Below, one piece after another: positions 7,565 through 16,778 of a DNA stretch of 64,000 nucleotides; position 1 is the first letter of the stretch, and each line of letters opens with the position of its first letter. Below the pieces are notes generated by a model. That model saw only the letters and a program-made list of their open reading frames with translations. It ran no database searches and was not told the DNA's origin. The DNA comes from Myxococcota bacterium (GTDB lineage: Bacteria > Myxococcota > JAJVIH01), in the NCBI GenBank assembly GCA_022072125.1, contig JAJVIH010000021.1:700-64699 (forward strand). Direction: 5' to 3'. A program made the position numbers and the translations under genes.

Positions 7565-8782
7565 ATGAGCACCATGGCGACCACCGAAAGGCGCGCGCAG
7601 CGGCTGGCGCTGCTCGTCGGATCGAACCCGCTCCCCAACTACCTCGCGGCCTGCGCGCTGCGACCGAGCCGCATCGCACTCGTGTACACCGAGCAGACCA
7701 GAGAGGCGAAGGACCGCCTTGGGGGCGAGCTGACCAACATTCTGGGCAGCCATGTCGCCGTCGACGAGCCGTTCGTGGAGGATCCAACCTGCGCCACGAC
7801 GGTCCGTCGAGTCCTCGATCCGTTCATGCGGAGCGAAGCCGGCGGAGAAGTGCTCTTGAACTACACGGGCGGCACGAAGGTGATGGCCGCCCACGCCCGG
7901 CTGGCCTTCTCGTGCTTGGGTGGGCGGCCAGAACATGCGTCGTACCTCGACGAGGGCGGCATGGACCGTCCACCGCGACTGCGCTTCGACGACGGGAACT
8001 CGAAGCCTCTCTCCGACTACCTCGAGATCCCGCTGACGCTAGCTACGGTGCTCGCACTACACGGCATCACGCACAAGCCGCAGGGGACCCCGGCTTCCAC
8101 GACCGACGATGCGTGCCAGATCTTGTGCAAGGTGCTGGCGGACCCGCCCCTGGCGGCCAAGCTCTACAGCGAGCGCAAGCGGCTTCAGAAGCTCGGCAAC
8201 CCGAACAAGGCGATATCGGAGCCCTTCCGGGCGGACCGCTACGGCTTGTCGCTTAGCCTGCAGGAGTTCCCAACGGAGACACAACTCAGTTCATTCAAGA
8301 ACAGCAAAGAGAAGGAGTCCTGGTTCAAGCAGTGGTTCTCCTTCATCGGCGGCGAGTGGCTGGAAATATGGCTTGGCGACCAGATCCGCGCGCTCGAACG
8401 GGATCCAAAGCCCGAAATCACGGTCGGAGTGAACGCATACCGCGGCGACAGTAGGGCGCAGCTCGAGGTTGATGTCGCCGTCGTCCGCAGTCACCGATCC
8501 TACTTCATCTCATGCACGACGGATCAGACAAAATCGCTCTGCAAGTCCAAGTTATTCGAGGTGGCTGTCCGCTCCCGTCAACTCGGAGGAGACCTCGCCC
8601 GGGCCGCCGTGGTCTGCCTCGCTGATGACCAAACGGTCTCCGCGCTACAGAACGATGTCGATGACGTATGGGGTGCCAGCAACACGACCAGGGTCTTCGG
8701 CATCTCGGACGTCCGCGCGTGGTCCGACTGCGAAGGCAAGCAGCCGAGCCGGCAGAAGCTGAAGGAATGGTTGGAGAGCTGA
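7565..8782 (+). CDS. CARF + PD-(D/E)xK-like nuclease effector (Card1/Can2, DUF1887-like)
   Basis: CARF motifs LLVGSNPLPNY and LNYTGGTK; C-terminal GEWLE...EVDVAV...FISCTT; first gene of the type III operon. Confidence 0.85.
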   Translation: MSTMATTERRAQRLALLVGSNPLPNYLAACALRPSRIALVYTEQTREAKDRLGGELTNILGSHVAVDEPFVEDPTCATTVRRVLDPFMRSEAGGEVLLNYTGGTKVMAAHARLAFSCLGGRPEHASYLDEGGMDRPPRLRFDDGNSKPLSDYLEIPLTLATVLALHGITHKPQGTPASTTDDACQILCKVLADPPLAAKLYSERKRLQKLGNPNKAISEPFRADRYGLSLSLQEFPTETQLSSFKNSKEKESWFKQWFSFIGGEWLEIWLGDQIRALERDPKPEITVGVNAYRGDSRAQLEVDVAVVRSHRSYFISCTTDQTKSLCKSKLFEVAVRSRQLGGDLARAAVVCLADDQTVSALQNDVDDVWGASNTTRVFGISDVRAWSDCEGKQPSRQKLKEWLES

Positions 8783-8783
8783 G

Positions 8784-10451
8784 ATGGCGGTGATCACAGG
8801 AATTGATGTCCTCGGTATTCAGAGGTACGTCTTCGCGTCGAACCGGCTCCGGGATGTGCTCGCCGCGTCGTGGATGGTGGATCACGTCCTGGGACGCGAG
8901 GCCGACTCGCTGCTGCAGTGGGGCATGACGGACGACCGCGTCCTGCTCGCCGCTGGCGGAAACGCCGTCGTCAAGTTTGAGAACGTGGAGGACGCAAGAA
9001 CGTGGACCAGGAGGTACACGCGCTGGCTGCAGGACGAGGCGCCGGGACTCGACGTCGTTGTCGCTCACCGGTCATACGATGATCGCCCGCTGGCGTGGGG
9101 GCTCAAAGCGCTCGCCGTGGATCTCGCGCGAGCGAAGCTGGAGCGGCGCCCGAGCGTGCCGCAGCTCGGGCTCAGCGTCACGGCTTCCTGCTCGGTGACG
9201 GGACTACCAGCGACATCGCTCGATCGACACGATCATGCTGCGATCTCGCGCCACATCGAGACGCTCCGACAAGACGAAGTCCAGAGGCGCGCCAAAGAAC
9301 GCTGGGACCGCTACCTGCCGGAGGGGTTGGACCAAGCCCCCGAATGGGCCGCCGGGTTCCCCGACGAACTTGATCTCATGGGCCGCACCCACGGCGACAC
9401 CAGCCTCCTCGGCGTGGTTCACGTGGACGGCAATGGGGTCGGCCAGGCCATCAAGGGGTGGCTCGACCGCTGCCTCAAGGAGGACGTCAAGGACGCGCAG
9501 GTTCGCGCCGAGTTCCGCGAGTGGTCGCGCAGTATCGACGAGCTCGGGGAGCACGTCCTGAGGGCCATCGTCCAGCGGGTCGCGTCCCGCGTCTTCGAGG
9601 AGAACAACGAGCGCGGCGAGAGGCGATTCGTCGTCCGCGGCACGCCGCACGATCTCGGTTTCCCACTGAAGACGTACGAGAAGACGGTGTTTCTCCCGCT
9701 CCGTCCGATTCTCCTTGGCGGGGACGATCTCACCTTGGTGTGTGACGGGCGGATCGCGCTCGACCTTGCCGCGGCGGCACTGAGGGAATTTGGGGTGCGC
9801 CCGATCCCACATCTCGGCGAGAACGGCACCGCGTGGACGCCTACAGCCTGCGCTGGTGTGGCGCTCGTCAAGGCGCACGCACCTTTCCACCGAAGCTACG
9901 ACCTCGCCGAGAGTCTTTGCACGTCGGCAAAGCGTGCGCGGCAGGACGTGAACCAGAAGGGACAAGGATGTTGGCTCGACTGGCACGTGGGCTCGACACG
10001 GCCTGCCGAGACGGTCGAGGACGTTCGCAGGCGCGAGTACCAGGGTGGCGATCTCACGATGCGCCCCTATCCCCTTGCGCCGCTCGATGGCCGTGAGCAG
10101 TCATGGGGCTGGCTCGACACCGAGTTCCTCGGACCCGGCAGCACGTCCGAAACAGCAGGACGAGGCCTCCGCGGTGCAGCATGCTGGGCGGGAAGCCGAA
10201 GCCGCGTCAAGCGGCTCGGCTCGCTCGTACCGGCGGGCAGAGACGATATCCGGCGCCAGATCGAAGCGTGGAACGCGATCGAGGATGGAGTCGCGCTGCC
10301 CGGCGGACTTTTGGGGGATGGGTTTGTCGGGAAGCAGACGCCGCTCCTCGACGCGATCGAGCTGTTGGATCTTCACGTTCGTCTGGAACCCGATCCTACG
10401 GCCGCGGGCTTGGCCGCCAGCGCGGTCGTGAGAGATGAGGAGACCGCATGA
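8784..10451 (+). CDS. cas10: Type III-D Cas10 lacking an HD domain, with an intact GGDD palm
   Basis: Starts directly at IDVLGIQRYVF; CSVTG, VHVDGNGVG, RPILLGGDDL, PFHRSYDLAESL; only 555 aa. Confidence 0.95.
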   Translation: MAVITGIDVLGIQRYVFASNRLRDVLAASWMVDHVLGREADSLLQWGMTDDRVLLAAGGNAVVKFENVEDARTWTRRYTRWLQDEAPGLDVVVAHRSYDDRPLAWGLKALAVDLARAKLERRPSVPQLGLSVTASCSVTGLPATSLDRHDHAAISRHIETLRQDEVQRRAKERWDRYLPEGLDQAPEWAAGFPDELDLMGRTHGDTSLLGVVHVDGNGVGQAIKGWLDRCLKEDVKDAQVRAEFREWSRSIDELGEHVLRAIVQRVASRVFEENNERGERRFVVRGTPHDLGFPLKTYEKTVFLPLRPILLGGDDLTLVCDGRIALDLAAAALREFGVRPIPHLGENGTAWTPTACAGVALVKAHAPFHRSYDLAESLCTSAKRARQDVNQKGQGCWLDWHVGSTRPAETVEDVRRREYQGGDLTMRPYPLAPLDGREQSWGWLDTEFLGPGSTSETAGRGLRGAACWAGSRSRVKRLGSLVPAGRDDIRRQIEAWNAIEDGVALPGGLLGDGFVGKQTPLLDAIELLDLHVRLEPDPTAAGLAASAVVRDEETA

Positions 10452-11095
10452 CGAATGGCACTTCGCCTTCCTTCCTGCAGATCGAGCTGCTCTCCGACAC
10501 CACGTTCAGTCGTGGCGAGGGCGCGGCGGGGGTCGTCGACACCGAGGTCGAGAGGGACAATCTCGGGATGCCGTTCATCGGCGGGAAGACCGTGCGCGGC
10601 CTCCTTCGCGACTCATGGCTCTCCATGTCCCGCCACTTCCCGAGCCTCGTGGACGCGGCCGCGCGGGTCCTGGGGCGGAGCCAGGCCGTCGACGAGTCGT
10701 GTCGGCTGAGGATCGGTGACGCGATGCTGCCTGCGGCGATCCGGGCCGCGGTTCGGGGAGCGGCCGAGCGAGAGGAACACCCGCTCGCGCCGGGAGCCAT
10801 CCTCGACGGCTTCACGAGCATCCGCTACCAGACGGCCGAGGATCGCGAGACCGGCGCTCCGGACGTCACAACGTTGCGGTCGTCACGCCTCGTTCTCCGC
10901 GGCTTCGTGTTGGAGGCGAGTCTCTCCTGGCTCGACGGCTACCGGCCCACAGCGTGCGATATGCGGCTCCTGGCGCTGTGCGCGCTTGCGACCCGTCACG
11001 GCGGGCTGCTTCGGAACCGAGGACGCGGTCATATCCGCATGACCCTGGACGGCGATCTCGAGAAGACGCGGAAATACGCGGAGGCGACGACGTGA
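10448..11095 (+). CDS. cas7: Cas7-group RAMP (Csm3-like)
   Basis: IELLSDTTFSRGEG..GVVD.EVERD..GMPFIGGKTVRGLLR and C-terminal GLLRNRGRGH loop. Confidence 0.9.
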   Translation: MTNGTSPSFLQIELLSDTTFSRGEGAAGVVDTEVERDNLGMPFIGGKTVRGLLRDSWLSMSRHFPSLVDAAARVLGRSQAVDESCRLRIGDAMLPAAIRAAVRGAAEREEHPLAPGAILDGFTSIRYQTAEDRETGAPDVTTLRSSRLVLRGFVLEASLSWLDGYRPTACDMRLLALCALATRHGGLLRNRGRGHIRMTLDGDLEKTRKYAEATT

Positions 11096-12834
11096 GCTCT
11101 TCGGCCGCCCCGACCTACCTCCACTACAGGCTGCAGCTTCGGTCACCAGCCATCGTTTCGACCTTGTCGGGCGATCCCAACAGCATAGCCACGCAGTCCT
11201 TCATTCCAGGGGGCGCGCTTCGCGGCGTCTTGGCCGGTCGGCTTCTCGCGAGCGGCGTCGGTGGAGACGACGAGGAGTTTCGGCGGCTCATCCTCTCCGG
11301 TGAAGTCCGCTACCTTCATGCATTCCCCGAACTGGCAGGAAAACGCTCCCTGCCCAGCGCTTTATCCTGGAAGACCAACAAGGTGGATCCGGCCCGCGTG
11401 ATCGACCTTGCCGCGTTCAGTGGAGCGATCGATACGGCTGTCGATGCCGAAGACTTCAAGAACGTTTGGCCGGAAGAGGGGCTGGCCGCCGTTTCCGCCC
11501 CGTTCGCAGCCGTGTCGGTTTCCAGTGGAGCCCGCGACATCGCGGCTCCATCAATCGGCTCCCGGATCCACCAGCAACGGGATCGCATCAAAGGGCGGCC
11601 ATGGAAGGATCGCGAAGAACAGCCTCATGGCGCGCTCTTCGTCTACGAGTACCTGGAGGCCGAGCAAGTCTTCCGCGGCGCCATCCAGGTCATGCCAGCG
11701 GCTGCCGGAGACATCGAGATCATCAAGCAGTTGCTCGTTTCTAGCCCCATTCTGATCGGGCGATCCCGCCGGGCAGGATACGGTGGTGAGGCTGCCGTCG
11801 AGTTCACCGGGCAGGTGCGGCGAGAGTACGAGAACGTATCCGAATCGGTTTCCCAGGATGTCGCCGCTGGCGAATTGTTCAGGGTGCTTCTTGCCTCCGC
11901 GTATGTGGGCCGCCACCCGGAGACGGGACAGCTCGATCCGAGCGCGCTTCCAGACGAGCTTCTCAGCCGGTTGGGCGGCGCCGCGACGGTCGAGCGCACG
12001 TGCTGGACCTTCGAGGTCGTTGGAGCGTTCAACCAGAAGTGGCGCCTCGAGGTTCCGCAGGCGCAGGCGGTCGCGGCTGGGGCCGTGCTCGTTCTCAAGG
12101 CGACGTCTGCGATCCCCCTGGCCACGCTGCGCGCCATCGAGCACGAGGGCCTCGGCGAGCGGCGGGTCGAGGGCTTCGGTCGGGTGCTGTTCCTGGAGCA
12201 CTCCGACGACCGCGGGACGATTCGGCTGCGGCGCGCCGAGGATCACGAGCAGACGGACGCCACGGCGGCCACAGCCCTCGCGCCCCAGGGCGAGCAGTCT
12301 CGTCGCCAGCTTGATCTCCTGGAACGGAGGATCGTGCTCGCGGCTGCGCGGGCGGAACTGGATCGAGTTGCCGCGCTCGACCTGGCCGCCAAGGCGAAAG
12401 GCAAGCGACCGACGAATAGCCTGCTTGGTCGGCTTCGGACCCTGTTCCGGCGGTCCATGGACGAGCAGGCCGCGCAAGCGGCGCTGGCGAACCTCCGGAT
12501 CTGGTGCAGCGACGACGACGACCATGCTCTCAAGAAGAACGCGCGTGAGCAGCTCGATCGCTGCCTAGTCAACCGCGAGGGGTTCGGCTGTGAGGAGTTC
12601 CGCCGTTGGCTTCGCCGGCTGGCCGAGTCGGATCACGGCGAGCCTGGCTGGGAGGCCCTGGTCCTGGCCTCCGGGAATCAGGCCACGCTGACAGGACTCG
12701 CGGCCAGGAGCCACCTCACCACTGGTGCCGAGGCTGAAGCCGTCCTGCACGAGCACTCGGCACTGCTGCGCGTCCACCTTGTCGACGCGGTCCTGGGCGC
12801 CATGGCCCGCCTGAACCGGAGAGGTGCGACATGA
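11092..12834 (+). CDS. csx10: Csx10 (double RAMP, Cas5-like) with a C-terminal helical Cas11-like domain
   Basis: GTG start overlaps the upstream TGA. FIPGGALRG, IGRSRRAGYG, second RAMP with GLGERRVEGFGRV, then ~170 aa helical tail with RPTNSLLGRLR. Confidence 0.8.
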   Translation: MSSSAAPTYLHYRLQLRSPAIVSTLSGDPNSIATQSFIPGGALRGVLAGRLLASGVGGDDEEFRRLILSGEVRYLHAFPELAGKRSLPSALSWKTNKVDPARVIDLAAFSGAIDTAVDAEDFKNVWPEEGLAAVSAPFAAVSVSSGARDIAAPSIGSRIHQQRDRIKGRPWKDREEQPHGALFVYEYLEAEQVFRGAIQVMPAAAGDIEIIKQLLVSSPILIGRSRRAGYGGEAAVEFTGQVRREYENVSESVSQDVAAGELFRVLLASAYVGRHPETGQLDPSALPDELLSRLGGAATVERTCWTFEVVGAFNQKWRLEVPQAQAVAAGAVLVLKATSAIPLATLRAIEHEGLGERRVEGFGRVLFLEHSDDRGTIRLRRAEDHEQTDATAATALAPQGEQSRRQLDLLERRIVLAAARAELDRVAALDLAAKAKGKRPTNSLLGRLRTLFRRSMDEQAAQAALANLRIWCSDDDDHALKKNAREQLDRCLVNREGFGCEEFRRWLRRLAESDHGEPGWEALVLASGNQATLTGLAARSHLTTGAEAEAVLHEHSALLRVHLVDAVLGAMARLNRRGAT

Positions 12835-14357
12835 GTCCGAACCCGCTCAACGATGCCATGCCGCCCCGCGCTCTAGTAGCGCGGTGGGTCATCCGAGGAA
12901 CGCTGACCATCGACACCGCGCTCCATCTCGGAGGGGAGGGAACCGAGCGGGTGGACATGCCGGTGCTGCGCGATCCCCGTGACGGCAGACCCTTGCTCCC
13001 GGGTACAACCATCGCCGGAGCTTTGCGCAGCGCGCTGGCCGACCGGCTGGCGGGCTACGGACAAGCCGAGCCCAAGGAGGTCGCCGCTCTATTCGGTGCT
13101 GCTCGCGGGGACGACGAAGGCGGCCAGAGCCCGCTCATCGTCTTTGACAGCCTGGGCGCGTTGCCAGAAAACCAATCCGTCGAGATTCGCGACGGGGTCG
13201 CGATTTCCCCGGCAACCGGAATCGCAGAGGACCATAAGAAGTACGATTACGAGGTGCTCCCGGCTGGAACAACGTTCCCGGTTCGGCTCGACCTCCTGTT
13301 GCCCGGCCCATCCACGGATCGCAATGATGCTCGTCCGGAAGAGAAAGAGATCCTTGAATGTCTCGCGGCCGCCCTCGATGCGTTTACTCACGGCGAGAAT
13401 GGATTGGGCGCCAAGCGATCGCGTGGCCTCGGGCGAGTCAGTGCGCGGTGGACCGCGAAACGCTTCGGTCTCGACTCTCGCGAGGGCTGGATACAATGGC
13501 TTATCTCTGACCACGAGCATCCGGTCGTAGCGACCCCGGACCAGGCCTGCATCCGCGACGCGCTCGAGGCCGCTGCGCCGGAGTCTCTCAGGCCGCTCGC
13601 ACTGCCCGGCGACGTACGCACGAGGGTCGTGATCGACCTGAATTTGGAGGTCGGCCATGACATCCTGGTCCGCAGCCCGGGCACGGATCCTGGCGCCCCC
13701 GACGTCTCGCACCTGCACAGCGGGGGCACCGCGATCCTCCCCGGGACGAGCGTCGCGGGAGTGATGCGCGCACAGGCGCTGCGCATCGCGAAGCTGGTCC
13801 GGGAAGGCAAGAACGACGCTAATGAATGGATCGATCGTCTATTCGGCCCGCGCTTTGAGGGGCAGCGTCCCTCGGGAAAGCTGAGCCCCCGCGCGGCGCG
13901 ACTGCGCTTCAGTGAGGCGCGGCTTAAGGGCGGCAGGCCGCAGCGGCAGACGCGGATCGCCATTGATCGCTTCACTCAGGGAGTCGTTGATGGCGCGCTC
14001 TTTGACGAGCAGACGGAGATCGGCGGCCGCGCGATCGTACGGTTGGAATTGCGGAATCCCGAGCCTGGCGAACTGGGTCTCGTGCTCCTCGTGTTGAAGG
14101 ATCTGCTCGATGGGGCGCTGCCCGTCGGCGGCACGGCCAGCGTGGGCCGCGGCGTTCTTCGTGGTTCCGCTACCGTTACCTGGTTCGATGGGACTGGGCC
14201 CCGCCAGCGTTCTGCCCGGATCCAGCCGGGCGAACAACCGGACGGCGATGCGGCTGCGGACATTGATGAGGCGATCCGCGTCTTTCACGAGGCGGGCGCC
14301 CGGGCAGGTGAACCGGCTGACGGGGCGGCGGGCGCCGGAGTGGGGGACTCGATATGA
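12831..14357 (+). CDS. cas7: Tandem Cas7-Cas7 RAMP fusion
   Basis: Two Csm3-like units: LHLGG...VDMPVLRD...PGTTIAGALR...GAKRSRGLG and LPGTSVAGVMR...RIAIDRFT...GGTASVGRG. Confidence 0.9.
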   Translation: MSPNPLNDAMPPRALVARWVIRGTLTIDTALHLGGEGTERVDMPVLRDPRDGRPLLPGTTIAGALRSALADRLAGYGQAEPKEVAALFGAARGDDEGGQSPLIVFDSLGALPENQSVEIRDGVAISPATGIAEDHKKYDYEVLPAGTTFPVRLDLLLPGPSTDRNDARPEEKEILECLAAALDAFTHGENGLGAKRSRGLGRVSARWTAKRFGLDSREGWIQWLISDHEHPVVATPDQACIRDALEAAAPESLRPLALPGDVRTRVVIDLNLEVGHDILVRSPGTDPGAPDVSHLHSGGTAILPGTSVAGVMRAQALRIAKLVREGKNDANEWIDRLFGPRFEGQRPSGKLSPRAARLRFSEARLKGGRPQRQTRIAIDRFTQGVVDGALFDEQTEIGGRAIVRLELRNPEPGELGLVLLVLKDLLDGALPVGGTASVGRGVLRGSATVTWFDGTGPRQRSARIQPGEQPDGDAAADIDEAIRVFHEAGARAGEPADGAAGAGVGDSI

Positions 14358-14998
14358 ACGAGACCGGATCGCCTTGCGCCCTCGCAGGTTGTGACCTGAC
14401 ACCCCTCGATTCCCCGGCCTGCGAGCGATACGTCTCGTGGCTGCTCGGCGAGGAGAACGCCGTCGCGCCCGGGAGCGCAACTAGGCTTGCCTGGGCGCTC
14501 GCCCACTCCGGCGATGGCGTGACATGGGGCCGTTACGATGCGCAGAAAGGAGTTTGGCTCCTTGGGAACCAGGCGGCATCCGATGTGTCGCCGCCGGTCC
14601 GCGCGGAGACGCTGCAAGAACTGCGGCTCTTCGGTGATGGTGGCGAGGTCCTCATTTGGCGGACCGGCGCGGGGCTCCGGGGACGCATGCTTCGTGATAC
14701 CGATCCCGCGGCGGGTTGCGGCGACGAGGCCAATCCCCTACGCCCATCGGAGGAGTGGCGCATCCTGCGCGGCGACCGCATCATCAAGGACGCTGGCCAT
14801 GACTTCACGCATATTGGCGACGGCGCGGGTGCGGAGCAGGTGCTTCCGCTGGCCGTCAGCAGCAACGAACAGCTTCGAGCCCGTCAGGTTCAGCTCGCAG
14901 TGCGCCACTACTACGAGTCCGACGTGCATACGGGCGCCGTCCGCATCGCGGCGACACGCCTCGTCACGCTCAGGTCGGGAGGCGGCCATGGCGCTTGA
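14354..14998 (+). CDS. csx19: Csx19 (TIGR03984-like) type III-D subunit
   Basis: WALAHSGDGVTWG, LQELRLFG..GEVLIWR, VRHYY; position between Cas7x2 and TIGR03986. Confidence 0.85.
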   Translation: MNETGSPCALAGCDLTPLDSPACERYVSWLLGEENAVAPGSATRLAWALAHSGDGVTWGRYDAQKGVWLLGNQAASDVSPPVRAETLQELRLFGDGGEVLIWRTGAGLRGRMLRDTDPAAGCGDEANPLRPSEEWRILRGDRIIKDAGHDFTHIGDGAGAEQVLPLAVSSNEQLRARQVQLAVRHYYESDVHTGAVRIAATRLVTLRSGGGHGA

Positions 14999-16778
14999 GA
15001 AGGGGATCCTCCGTGTGTCCAAGTCTGGTTCGGTGCAGATCGAGGTCGCCACGAAGAAGGGAGGAACCGCGAAGCTGAGCCCAAGCGAGGGCGAGATCTC
15101 GCAAAGCGTGCTCGACCGTCTCGCCGACCTCGCCGGCAAGGAGGTCGAGTTCGAGCGCGTGGAAGGCCAGCCGAAGAAGGTCCGGGAGGCTGGTGGATCC
15201 TTCGTCCCGCCTCGCCGCGAGACCCGAGAAGGTGATCGGGAGAAAGGGCGCGCGGACCGTAGTGGCGGCTTCCAGCCGGGCCGCCGGCAAGAGCGTCAGG
15301 ATCGGAGGGAGGAGATGCCTTGCCGTCAACCCGACTTCCACAACCCCTACAACTTCGTGCCGGCCCCTCCTCGGAACGTCAGCGATCCCGACCTGGGTGA
15401 TCATCGGCCCGTCGACCAGGACGTCTTCCTGGCCGACCGCTACTCCGGCTGGATCCGCGTACGGATGACCGCGAAGACGCCCTTGCTCGTTCCAGATACC
15501 GAGGGAGCCCAGGAGAGCCCGAACGGACACAAGACCTTTCCGCTGCGCGTGGGAGCGGACGGGAGACCGCTCATCCCGGCCTCCAGCGTTCGCGGGATGC
15601 TCCGCGCCGCCTACGAGGCCATCACGAACTCGCGCTTCGGTCGCTTCTCCGAGTCTCACAAACAGAAGCTGAAGTTTCGGCAGAATCATAAGCCGTTCAA
15701 GAAAGTAGACTACAAAACGTCAGCCTGGGACCTGCTCGACGAGTCGCTCCGGCCCGCTGTTGCCATCAATCAACTCTCGCCTGCCGACCGGGTCTTCGGC
15801 TGGGTCAAGGTCGATGCGGACACCGGACCGCGATCGAGGGGCGAGCGCGTGGCGGCCCGGGGGCTCTTACGCGTCGGTCCGGTGCGCTGCATATCGAGCA
15901 CGGCCAATGCAGTTGAGCGGTTCCAGGAGCCGGGGGTTCCGCTCGCCATTCTGTCGGCGCCCAAGCCCCAGCAGGGGCGCTTCTACGTCGCCCGGTCCAC
16001 GAAGGGTGAGGCGCAGAAGAACGGCCTATCCAAGCAGGAAGCGGGCTATTCGGCGGGCAAGGGGCTTCGCGGCCGCAAGGTGTACCCGCATCAGCGCCAC
16101 GGCCACTGGGATGATCCGACCGCGGACCGGACGCAGCAAGCGCACGGTACGCCAACCCACCACTACCAGGAATATCGGCGCCCTCGCAGGGGTGGCCACG
16201 AGCAACGCGACGATCAGAACCGCTCGATCCTCGGCTGGGTCAAGCCTGGCGCGAAGTTTGGCTTTGACCTCCACGTTCAGAACCTGTCAGCCGTCGAACT
16301 TGGCGCGCTCTTGTGGCTCCTTGGCCTCCCGGACGGCTGCTTTTTGCGCTTCGGCGGCGGCAAGCCGCTCGGCTTCGGCAGCGTAAGGCTCGACGTCGAA
16401 TCTCTCGATGTGCGAACTGGAAACGACCTTCGCGCGCGCTATGGCGCGTGGTGCGATAGCACGCCGTCAGCGAACCCGTGCATCACGGTGATTCAAGCCT
16501 TTCAAGAGGCTGTAGTGCGCGCTTACCATGTGGAAAATGGCGGCTTCGACAGTGTGCCCTTCATTGCGGCCTTTCTGACCGCCTGTCAGGGGCATGGGGA
16601 TGGCCTTCCGATCCACTACCCCCGGGCCACGGCGAACGGCAAGCCGGGGCCGCCGCGTCCCGATGGTGAGTCGTTCAAGTGGTTCGTGGCGAACGAGCGG
16701 GATGGAGCGCGATATACGCTGCAAAACCTTGTGAATGATCCGGGGCTTCCCACGCTGCCAGAAAAGGACCGGAAATGA
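14988..16778 (+). CDS. cas7: TIGR03986-type Cas7 RAMP of type III-D
   Basis: FHNPYNFVP, TPLLVP, IPASSVRGMLR..YEAITNS, SPADRVFG, LRGRKVYPH, ELGALLW, GGGKPLGFGS. Confidence 0.9.
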   Translation: MALEKGILRVSKSGSVQIEVATKKGGTAKLSPSEGEISQSVLDRLADLAGKEVEFERVEGQPKKVREAGGSFVPPRRETREGDREKGRADRSGGFQPGRRQERQDRREEMPCRQPDFHNPYNFVPAPPRNVSDPDLGDHRPVDQDVFLADRYSGWIRVRMTAKTPLLVPDTEGAQESPNGHKTFPLRVGADGRPLIPASSVRGMLRAAYEAITNSRFGRFSESHKQKLKFRQNHKPFKKVDYKTSAWDLLDESLRPAVAINQLSPADRVFGWVKVDADTGPRSRGERVAARGLLRVGPVRCISSTANAVERFQEPGVPLAILSAPKPQQGRFYVARSTKGEAQKNGLSKQEAGYSAGKGLRGRKVYPHQRHGHWDDPTADRTQQAHGTPTHHYQEYRRPRRGGHEQRDDQNRSILGWVKPGAKFGFDLHVQNLSAVELGALLWLLGLPDGCFLRFGGGKPLGFGSVRLDVESLDVRTGNDLRARYGAWCDSTPSANPCITVIQAFQEAVVRAYHVENGGFDSVPFIAAFLTACQGHGDGLPIHYPRATANGKPGPPRPDGESFKWFVANERDGARYTLQNLVNDPGLPTLPEKDRK

